A stretch of 64,000 bases of DNA, from contig NC_134025.1 in assembly GCF_964204645.1 (NCBI RefSeq), forward strand, positions 6,696,001 to 6,760,000, written 5' to 3'. Origin of the DNA: Tubulanus polymorphus. Lineage: Eukaryota > Animalia > Nemertea. The notes under the pieces were generated by a model that saw only the letters and a program-made list of their open reading frames with translations, was not told where the DNA came from and searched no databases. Below are positions 14,601-24,324 of this stretch, piece by piece (positions within the stretch are counted from its first letter, which is position 1; each line of letters begins with the position of its first letter). A program made the translations under genes and the position numbers.

Positions 14601-16254
14601 TTATGAGACAGATTAAGAATTATCTGAGAGTTCTTCAACCATCATCCAAAACTAAATCTAAAGAGAAGGAAAATATACGCATGAAAACAGTGGCAGAGTA
14701 TGAAAATATATCATACCGAAAGGCTGTTGTTTTCTTTCATGAATTTACTAAATTACCTTGACAAATTTATCATCTATGGAGACAGCCTTTCTGGCATCAT
14801 CTAAAGCCTCTTTATACCGTCCTAACATCATCGAAGTCGCGCATCTATTTCCATAATAAGCAGCACAATCAGGGCATAAATCTGAGAAATTGAAAATAGA
14901 AAAATTAAATAACAATTCTCACTTTATTTGATGAATTGCGTAATAAATTCAGTTTTCATGGGGGAAAATATTTCAAGGTTACCTATAGCTTGGTTGTACA
15001 GTTCAAGGGCTGCTTTATAATTCTTTTTCTGATATTCGACATTTCCTTTAGATTTCTTTTCTTCGGCCATGAATGCTTTCCTGTTAAACCAGAGACAAAG
15101 ACCACGAGTTATAAATAACGTCTATTAATCTAATAAAAATTAAAATGACCCGCTCAAAAAGAAGGTTAATCCGCTGATCATTCAGAATTGTGCAATATTT
15201 TAAGCTACCAATTATAAAAGCCAAAATATACATTATACACACATATCATCATCAGCATCATCATCATCAGCATCATCATCATCAGGGTGGCCACTATCCG
15301 CTCATTTACAAATCCCCCGAGTGAATCTGAGAAATTTCTAGGTTTCAAATGTTACAATTCATTCATTTTTCATTGAATCACATAGGCCTATAGTTTTAAA
15401 AAAATGCACACCCCCACCCCCCCAGTCAACAACGGAATTCCTGAGTTTTCCAGGTTTTTGGTAAAATTTGTAAAATTCCACGGGTTTTCCCTAATTTATA
15501 TCTAGATTTTTCCAATTCCATGAGTTTTTCTGGTTTTCAAGGTTAGTCGCCACACTTTAATCATTTATCTCGCTTTCATTGTTAACTAATCACTAAGCAA
15601 TTAGTTGTCAATAACAATGTCATATAGGCCTATGTCGATGACAACTACAATAATTTGAATGGAAATTTTGACTTTTTAAGAGCCATGACACAAACAAGAA
15701 GACCGTATTTAGTTTCTTTTTGCTCTCTCCGCTGATTATAATATAATGTGAATTCTATAAAAGGCAGTTGTTATAATCAAACTCTTACATTTTACACACA
15801 AACAGCACAAATGAAGTCGTATGAATTTGAATATGATCACACTGCTGATCTGCCGAGCCTAAATCTAATTTAATGTCGCCAACCTGAACTCTTTTTACCG
15901 TCAAATCCTTAAACCAGAGGATACATAAGAATTCGGTTAAATCAAAATGAATATTCCGACATTAATACCAGCTTGCATGAGCTTCAAAGTGAAAGTGGTC
16001 ATCAAAGCTAAAGGAAGAATTCTCTGGAAAAGATAACTTCCGCATTTGTACTTCACAAATTCCGAAGTATCCAGTCGTTTTTTCCATCGACGTATACGAT
16101 AAATCAGGCGGTATTTTGTAACTTACGCTTCTGGGCCCTCGTCGACTTCCATCGATTCGGCATTTTGATCGCTGGAACCGTCAGAAATATCTGATTCCAT
16201 TTGGTTAGTACTCTTGTTCATCGGCGCACACTCCTCGACCGTCGACATTTTCAT
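11624..16254 (-). CDS. DNAJC7: DnaJ homolog subfamily C member 7 (TPR2), ~523 aa, 13 exons (16254-16127, 15080-14983, 14881-14757, 14549-14436, 14317-14243, 13637-13519, 13391-13238, 13043-12879, 12715-12624, 12494-12421, 12333-12187, 12087-11938, 11754-11624)
   Basis: TPR repeats ([55 protein letters not shown]), J domain ([10 protein letters not shown]...HHP|DRH, with HPD split by an intron) and a G/F-rich tail ending [10 protein letters not shown]. Exons sum to 1572 nt with consistent phases. The start could also be the in-frame ATG at 16248. Confidence 0.96.
13870..14190. mobile_element. CAGGG-terminal non-autonomous DNA transposon (family A), partial, in a DNAJC7 intron
   Basis: Begins CAGGGTCCCTACAG, matching the reverse-complemented end of the 40278-40754 element (CTGTAGGCACCCTG). 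Internal TTCAAGGA repeats. Confidence 0.55.
15283..15556. mobile_element. CAGGG-terminal MITE (family B) in DNAJC7 intron 1
   Basis: Ends CAGGGTGGCCACT...AGTCGCCACACT with internal TTCCCTGAGTTTTCCAGG-like repeats. A second copy lies at 34063-34289. Preceded by a (CAT)n tract. Confidence 0.65.
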
Positions 16255-16547
16255 TTAGAAGAGTGGCATAACAGCGCCGTCTATTGGTCGAGCCGCTCGG
16301 GTTTTCTCGCTTTTGATAAATCGTAAAAACTCGGTAATTTCCGCTAGGTAGAATTTCTGGTGAGCAATATTCTTGAAAATACAATCGATTGTGTAGAAAC
16401 ACGATTCAAATATTTGATGTAGTAATATATATTCAATTTTAAATTAAAAATAACATCTCATAAAATAGAAAATTTAGCCTTCAGAGCTCCGTGACACGTC
16501 TTCGTGTAAACCCCATAGGTTGCTTCCATTGTTTAGTGTGTAGCTCG
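16255..16547. promoter_or_regulatory. Bidirectional promoter between DNAJC7 (-) and the SR gene (+), including the SR gene's non-coding first exon (donor after 16547)
   Basis: Only ~290 bp separate the DNAJC7 ATG from a strong + strand donor TCG|GTAAGT. The matching acceptor TTTCAG (17306) precedes the SR ATG. CCAAT box (ATTGG) near 16283; CpG-rich. Confidence 0.7.
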
Positions 16548-17352
16548 GTAAGTTCAACCTGAAATATTTTTCTTCAAATATAAACCAAATTTAGCTTGAT
16601 GGATACAAATTTTTCCGATCAGATCGCACTTAAAATATAACGTTAATTATACTGTATTTAAAGGTGCATTATTTATCTCATTTTGAGATAGAAACTTTAG
16701 AATCGAGATCGATTTAAGTCAACTAACTGGTCAAGCCCGAACGAATTTTTGCCTTGCGGCTTTGGAATGGAATGAAAAACCGGAGCGGGGGCCGCGGTGT
16801 GTGCCTACTAATTAGAAATTCAACGTTTAAATTCTAATTCTTCTGTAAATTAAAAGCTAACCCCCTCCCGTCATTGTAATCCTCGCCACCGTACCGGTAT
16901 TTCTTGGACTTGGTGCAGTAACTGATCACTAGTCCGTTGTTTTTAGGCGCTAATTAATTTTTTGCTTGTGAATTAGGCTTTAAGTTTAAAGAATTCAAGA
17001 TACAATACAAAACGCCCCTCATTAATTTGAAATGAATGTGCACTGGACAGTAGGAATAAGATAGGATGAGTAGCACTTATTATATGTATGTTAATGACCA
17101 TTGTTGTTGGCATGTAGTGATCCAAGCAGACATGTCTGAACAGGCATCAAATATTCTCATTGTTTGTCTCATAATTGAGTCCTGTCATCACTTGTGTGAT
17201 TGAGCATAGACAAAGTAGGCTAATGGGACCTGAACAATTAACTACCAAGATTGCCCACCTAGAATAAAAAGCTCTGGTCAGAGCTAAAGTCTTCATTCTT
17301 TTTCAGTTGATCATTTGGTTCAGAGAATCCTTGTCTAATACCTAACTGAAAT

Positions 17353-20300
17353 ATGGGAAGCAGAGTTTACGTTGGACGTTTACCTTATCGATGTCATGAA
17401 CGTGATATCGAACGGTTTTTCAAAGGATACGGCAGAATCAGAGAAATTCTACTCAAGAATGGTTACGGTTTTGTAGTAAGTAGAAATGCGTGGAATTTGG
17501 ATGTCTTGTGTTTCAATTAACATGAATAATTCGCGGTCTAATAGGTCGTCTCTTATTTTTATGGCAAATGTTTGTTATTGCAGGAGTTCGATGATTATAG
17601 GGATGCTGATGATGCAGTTTATGAGCTTAATGGAAAAGATTTAATGGGTGAAAGGTAAATTTTTGGGAGGAAAACCTTTGAAAAAATGACTTCAATGGTT
17701 GGTCTACTTAATGGACATGAATGGGCTTATACGAAACAAATATTTATCAATATACTTTGCGCCTCGGCTTAAGTCAATTATAATGGAACCTTGATGCAAC
17801 CGAGAGACTGTCATAATTTTTTAATAGTGATATCGGATAGTCCTTATATCAGCAGACTAGTTCATTATAACGTTGACCATATCTCGTATCATTGTCTATA
17901 TTAAGTTACTTCACATTTTTCCGCAGGGTGATTATTGAGCATGCGAGAGGTCCCGTTAGACGAGGAGGTCCTGGTGATCGAGGGGGTGATCGAGGTGGGC
18001 GAGGTAGTGACCGTGGCGGTCGTGATAGTCGCGGAGGTCGTCCTAGCTGGCTCGATAAGTAAGTTATTTATATTTTTCCTGTCCATTGCGTGTCGAAATT
18101 GATGCTATATTTTTTAGGCGTGGACTGGACTGGTTGAGATGTTGATCTGGCTGGGGTTTCTATTTCTCCCTAGATGTTTAAGATGTACTTTCTGATGTTC
18201 GTACTCCTCTCATGACGAAGATGTCACTACCGAATGAAGTTATATCCTAATTCTGTTTTGTTTGCCTTTTTAGTTACAATTGTAGCTAAATCAATATTAA
18301 TTATGTTGAGCTTCACCTTCAGTGAGCGTTAATGACTTTGTCTGGAAGTGTTACTTAATACTTAATGTTTCTCAATATGACTTCTTCAGGTCTGACCGTG
18401 GGAGAGTACCAAAGGGGTAAATAGAGGCCCTGGCTGATAGTAGCTCGGCAATCAATGGCAAAATCTCTCATAATTGCAATGTAAAGATTTTGAAAGCTGT
18501 AAATGCTGAGCTACTATTTGTCCATGTTTTTATATAATTTTGTTTGTTACCAGTCCACTCTAAAAAAATGCTACATCATTTCAGTGTTATATTGAATCAT
18601 CAAAATATAACTAGCGCTGTGTATTGCAGTGCTCTCATTTCCTGCTAAGCTTGACTTATTTACAATAGTGTGATAATAACTGATCTAATATTTACGATTA
18701 GCAAATTGTTATGAATAATGCATTATTGGGTGAATTTTCATTAGGGTGTTAGCATGCATGATACAATTGCAAATGGATTTATGTTTTTGTTTTGATCATT
18801 AGAAAATTTTCATCATTCAGAATTTACTCTGTGAATCTCTCGACTCAAAAACATAAATGCCTTCTAATTCATTTCCTTCATTACTTTAATCAATCTATAT
18901 ATTCCTTCATACACAGTGAACACTTACTGATTGGCTTAGTATTTAATGTAGCGTGTTGTGAGACCAACCTTAGTCTTCCTTAATATATAACATTCCGTAA
19001 AATTTTAAGTTGATAATTATCTTAGGGTTGTTGCTATTGCATAAATTCATAGCATCGTCTCCCACAAGTTCTATGAAATGCAAATGATGTTATTAGCTGT
19101 TTGAGGTCATAGTGTATTTTTCCCCCATTGGTTTGAATGGTTCTCGCCGCTGGTACTGTTGATGCTATGTACTTGTGCGTTTTTAGTCAACAACTCTAAC
19201 AAATAATTCATTATTAATCAACAGCCGAAATTCCGACAGGTATGGTCCACCGACAAGGACAGAATATAGAGTTATAGTGGAGAATCTATCGTCGAGAGTC
19301 AGTTGGCAGGTAAGATATCAAATCTGGTGAGATTGTCTCTTGCAGTAATGAGAGTATTACACTTCATTGTGAAGATGTATTCTTTTCATTCTGTGAGATA
19401 TTAATACTTGCTGTATACATTAATTCATATTCCTGAAAAAGAATGTCACGTCCTGTCAGTATGTTGGAAATGAAAAATATTCATCCAATTAATTTGGACA
19501 GCTTCGGGCTACCAGGGGTATTTCTGGTTCAGTTCCGTATCATTGAGCATCTTTGGATATCTAAAAATAAGATTCGCGCAGTAAACTCATTTCAACTGTT
19601 TAGATTTATTTTCGGAGAAATATTAAAGAGTTCACTGTTGTATCCTAATTTTGGATGAGGGTAAATTGCGAGTTCATGATTGACTTCCAGTTGACTAGAT
19701 GTATCGATCTATTTGAACTGATTTCCAATATGACTCGAGATTGAATGGCTCTATTCAACCTGAAAGTCGGTTATGAAATTTATTACTTGTATTTCAATGT
19801 GAATTGCTTGCCTGCTGTTATTAAATTGCACTATTTTGCTAGCTCCTTCAGCCGGCATAACCAGGTGATACTAGTCGCATCCGATGTTATTGACGAGATA
19901 GATGAAACTTTGTGTGTCAAGCTTTCCTGATAATTTCCATGCGTTCAATCCATGGCCAGACGTAAATCCAGGCATTTAAAGGGGCTGGCAGTCCAATCCA
20001 TGATGATTCCTATGAATGGTCCACCCACCACTAGCGTTCTAATGATGGATGTCTGTGACGTAGCTCTGAAGGCATGCTTCAATGTCCTCGACACAAGGGA
20101 CATTGCAATGTTCTCTTTTTCACTTGGTCCATCATCCCTTCCGTGGTCTCTCAGAGAAATCCTGTTACATGATCTGACCGAAGTCTGTAAGAAGGGAGCA
20201 AGTGTTGTGTGATGTCTGGTGTCAGTGATTGGCCTGCCCTCTGTAGGTCGAAACCCTTACTGCTATCAAACCAGGCGCCTGCCCGGCTCGCACTAGGACT

Positions 20301-21731
20301 GAGACTAGGGGCACGAGGGGTCTTGTGCATTGAAACTCTTCTAATTAATGAAAGGTAATTTTCCGTAATTAATGGTGTTAATTGAATTAACAACTGAGGT
20401 AGTTGTTCAGTAGGAATACAGGGCTCACCGATTCTCAGCTGGGAAGAATAAGTAGAAGTTTATTTGGAATTTTGTATTCTCTGAATGTGGATGGTGTTGA
20501 CAATTTAGATGGTGAGCCCTGTAGAGGAATTTGATATTGATTACAGTTAATTTGTAAGAAAAGAATTGTATTTCTTCTTGCATTTAAAATGGACCTTGTT
20601 GGTTATATTCACAATTTGTTTATGTGTTGATCTGTTGTCTCAATAGGTCCCTCTCAAGTGTATGGCCCAGGTAAAATTAAGTAACAATCCACCCTTACGA
20701 GAATCTGTTTTCCAGTTTGTGATAGATAACTGCAAAGAGAGCTTCAGTTTAGATGGTTATAAGATCCCACCTAGGAGCAAATGGATGTTTTGATCATGTA
20801 TTTAATACAGTTTTCTGTTCTCTTTATTTAAAGGATTTGAAAGATTACATGCGAAAAGCTGGAGAAGTGACTTACGCAGATGCTCACAAACAACACCGCA
20901 ATGAAGGGTAAGTTGGTTTGATTATTGAAATTCTTCCCTTCCACATCGAGCTGGGAACTTTCCTCGTTTCTGTATTGAAATATTAGCCTCCTTTTCACTG
21001 AGTGAATTTAATCTTTACTACGTGCTATGATGTTCATCATCTTTCGGGACATAAACAATGTGCTGATAAATTTTCACTGAGCACAGTCTTATATTACAGT
21101 AGAACTGGCGTAAGTTGGACAGCTTCAAGTCGGAAAATCAGCTAAGTCGGACATTGTCCCGTGTCCGACTTAGCCCAGTTCTGCTGTATACTGGAAACTT
21201 GTTGATAGTTACAAGGTACGATAATTGCAACTTACTGAATTTTGATTTACATTTTAGTGTCGTCGAATTTGCAACTTATTCCGACATGAAAAACGCTCTT
21301 GAGAAATTGGACGATACAGAAATAAATGGTAGAAGGATTCGTCTGGTTGAAGATAAACCACGCAAGAGAAGGTGTGTGTCTGTTATTGCTATCTAGAGAA
21401 CTTAGAATCTTAAACTTCATTTGACCAAAAAATGATCTTGTATTATTCTATTTTAAGCCACAGTCGGTCTCGCAGTAGAAGTCACAGTCGCTCCCGCCGT
21501 TCGCATTCGAGAAGCCGAAGCCATTCGCGTTCTCGAAGTCGTTCGAAGAGTCACGATTCGAAGTCGCGGTCGCGAAGTCGATCTCGCAGCGCCAGCAAGA
21601 AACGCGAAAGTCGCAGCAAGAGCCACAGCAAATCGAGAAGCCGCAGCAAGAGCGCGTCGCCGGAGAAAAATAATCATAATCACGACGAGAATCATTCGGA
21701 TAAAGAAGCATCTGACAAGGAAGATAATTGA
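17353..21731 (+). CDS. Serine/arginine-rich splicing factor, SRSF4/5/6 (B52/SRp55) family, ~285 aa (17353-17475, 17584-17654, 17927-18058, 19240-19309, 20834-20907, 21258-21371, 21458-21731)
   Basis: RRM1 (SRVYVGRLP...[25 protein letters not shown]), Gly/Arg linker, pseudo-RRM with SWQDLKD, C-terminal RS domain. Exons sum to 858 nt. AATAAA at 21947 and 22250. Confidence 0.97.
18390..18416 (+). other. Candidate 27-nt frame-preserving cassette microexon of the SR gene (adds SDRGRVPKG)
   Basis: Acceptor GACTTCTTCAG and donor GGG|GTAAAT. Phase 2-2, no stop, and RG-like composition matching the linker. Confidence 0.6.
19852..20354 (+). other. Candidate poison (NMD) exon in the SWQ|DLKD intron of the SR gene
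   Basis: Acceptor TTTTGCTAGCTCCTTCAG followed by CCG GCA TAA, an in-frame stop after 2 codons. Donor AAG|GTAATT after 20354. The segment is visibly more GC-rich than the flanking intron. Confidence 0.6.
20419..20521. mobile_element. Short MITE with TA flanks
   Basis: TA-CAGGGCTCACC...GGTGAGCCCTG-TA: perfect 11-bp TIR. Confidence 0.7.
20647..20670 (+). other. Candidate 24-nt in-frame microexon (VPLKCMAQ) between SWQ and DLKD
   Basis: Acceptor TGTTGTCTCAATAG, donor CAG|GTAAAA, phase 0-0. Confidence 0.5.
21022..21084 (+). ncRNA. Intronic box C/D snoRNA, SNORD2/snR39B-like, guide for 28S rRNA 2'-O-methylation
   Basis: Terminal stem GTGCT/AGCAC, C box ATGATGT (21027-33), C'-like GTGCTGA and D box CTGA (21077-80). 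The antisense element TTCATCATCTTTCGGG is complementary to the conserved LSU rRNA sequence CCCGAAAGAUGGUGAA. D' box is degenerate (CATA). Confidence 0.8.
21097..21186. mobile_element. Tc1/mariner(pogo)-type MITE, 90 bp
   Basis: TA-CAGTAGAACTGG...CCAGTTCTGCTG-TA with an internal hairpin GCTAAGTCGGACA/TGTCCGACTTAGC. The same TIR start recurs at 13730. Confidence 0.75.
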
Positions 21732-24133
21732 ACTTAATGTTCGTGGAACTGAACTGTGTGTATGATAATGAAGTTGCTACGCGGTATGCGTTAGTGGCAT
21801 GGTGCGTTCAACGAGTGTGAATACTTCAAACATGTGAATGTATTTCGCGGCCGAATATTGGATACTGAGCAGAGAGATAAAAGCAGATTTGTTACTCGCA
21901 AAGTCTGATGATATAATCTGTGCTTCAGCGTATTACATGTTGTGTAAATAAAAACCTGTAAATAGAAACATCAAAGCTCATAGCATTAAAAAAAAACGAT
22001 ATCCTGCACCCTTGTACATTTGATTAAATTCAGGGATGTGCAAAACTGTAGCATTTCTATCGATTAAATGAATGTGACAGTAACTTCATCTGTTGTTAGA
22101 CTAATTGATTTAGACTGACTTTAGGAATGCTATTTTAATACTTGTATTTTAATATGAAGGCACACAAATATTGTTGTGTTGTTCGTATGAATGTGACAAC
22201 CGGGTCATATTTTGCACCTTGTTGTACATTTATCTTAATATAATATGGTAATAAACTGAATATATGTTAAGAAAAGATGTTTTTGTATCGTTTTGCTGTG
22301 CTGTTAATTCAAGATCTATGAAGCAGTACCTACACTTCAGTAGCGAATTGAGGACATGGTTGGCTTGGATTCAGTGATTTGATTTCCTTTGAGTGATTGA
22401 TACCAAGAATTTGCTACATGTATATATTCTTTCCGTGGCACATGACTCCTTACTCCTTGTCGGTTTTACCGGATGCTACACTCGCTGAGAAAAGAGTTCT
22501 ATTAAAAACGGCTTGAAAATCTTTGAAAAAATAATTTTTTCTTTAAAGCTTTTGCGTTGATACAATTATTCATTCGAAACGAACGATGCTGAATAATGAA
22601 TGGACTAAAACTAAAACCTTGCGACGGGATGGCCTTTTAAAGTGTTGCCTGCGCGCTGTAAGCTCTCGACCTGACCGTACAATAGCTCCACCGCAGTCGA
22701 TCATTTGAACTAAAAACGCTACGGCTAGTGTCGGATTCTGTAAACAGATAAATGGTTGGAGAACTTTCAAAGATAAAACTTCTTGAATAATTAGAAGTAA
22801 AAAAAAACTTTTCCTCATCATGACAAAGAAAAGGATCCAGCGGCTCCAATTTCAACAATTGTTTAACAATGCGAGAAAGGAAAACATCGTCAAGATAATG
22901 AATAATCTGTTCCTCCCAGACTGTTGACCCTTGCTGATTTCAAATATAATCAAATGTTCAATGAATTACATGAGTTTAACATTTGCGAGTTTCTACAAAT
23001 TTACTCCCATGAACTGGGGGCTTATTTTATTTGTCATTGATGAGTGATATTCTTCAAATTCATAGAAAAAAACTGATAATTGCATGATTTTTTGGGAAAA
23101 ATAAAGATGATTGGTCAACTTGGGGCATTTCATGTCTCAACCGTCTCTCTCACAGTCCCGTGGACCGCATGTTCCCGTCTCAACCCTTCAAACGCGTCTC
23201 TCTAGGCAGTCCCTGTAGGGGTCTGTCCAAGGCTCGACCCCAGTAGAGACAAATACCGAATCTTAAGTCACAGAGGACTAAAGCAGACTAGATGAATTAA
23301 ATTGTTAAACGCTTCTGTCTGAAATAAATCTTGTTTTTATTCAATGCTTTCCGATGAAGCTACATTCACTGAAGTTACAGACAACTAGACCACTAGAACA
23401 TTTAATTTATTTACAATTACAGTGTATCAGTTTTTTGTGGCTGTGAATGTTTGAAGCCTATTAAAACTGTCCCACATGAAAAATATGTTTCAAGATAAAT
23501 AATGAATTGAAAACATGTATTTATGGAGCAAACATGCCCACACTCGGGTTCTGATGTAGCTTACCGAGTACTAAGATTGAGCTCTAAGAACATTTTTCTG
23601 AATAAGGAATGACAGGTGATAATGTATAATGAGTTAATTAAATGCATGAAAGAAAATAACTCTGTAGCGACTAGAAAATCTTTGATGCTTTTCGTAGACT
23701 TAATTGTCAAGGGCATCAATCGATCACAACCCGGAAATCTGGAAATTCGACGCAAGTATTATCCTATATGGGTCCATAATGCAGATTGATACCGGTATTG
23801 AATTGCGTCAAATATTGAACCAAAGATTTGTACATTATTGTTCGAAAGTTGATTATTTATTCGATGCATATTTGACCGGTTGGCAACAAATTTATGCACA
23901 GGCCTTCAAAGTTACTCCATTTTCTGACTCATCAAGTTTTCAATGTAAACAGTATGTCATCTCAATTTAAAATAAACAATGACGTAAAATATCTACTTTG
24001 AATTGATTGATTAAATGTAAACTAAAACAAGATATATAATCTGCTGTTAGATAAACAACAAAATCAAGTATTAATATTCTAAAACAGTAATTTCAATAGC
24101 GGTAATTAATTATTGTAGAACGCATTAAAAGTA

Positions 24134-24324
24134 CAGTCAACACCCCGATATACTGCCCTCCCATTAACCCCCCCCCCCCCCCGCTTACTGCCAGGTTTTC
24201 TCAATGTACACCTCAATACAAATACATGTACATAGTAAAACACCCCAATATACCGCCATACTCTGTTTACTGCCAAAATCGTTCTGCGCCGATGTGGGCA
24301 TGGCGGTATGTCGGGGGTTGACTG
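24134..24324. mobile_element. Tc1/mariner(pogo/Tigger)-type MITE
   Basis: TA-CAGTCAACACCCCGATATACTGCC...GGCGGTATGTCGGGGGTTGACTG-TA: ~24-bp imperfect TIR with TA TSD. Confidence 0.75.

Noticed and set aside
17160-17270. Possible H/ACA snoRNA in SR intron 1
   Set aside because: Two weak hairpins and an ANANNA are present, but there is no correctly placed ACA box.
19048-19169. 9-bp inverted repeat CATAGCATC/GATGCTATG
   Set aside because: Too short to distinguish from chance without covariation data.
19995-20073. Possible second C/D snoRNA (ATGATGA...ATGATGG...CTGA) inside the poison-exon block
   Set aside because: Terminal stem is only ~2 bp and I see no recognisable rRNA or snRNA complementarity; needs snoscan.
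21448-21711. Minus-strand ORFs over the RS domain
   Set aside because: Antisense shadows of the Arg/Ser codon repeats.
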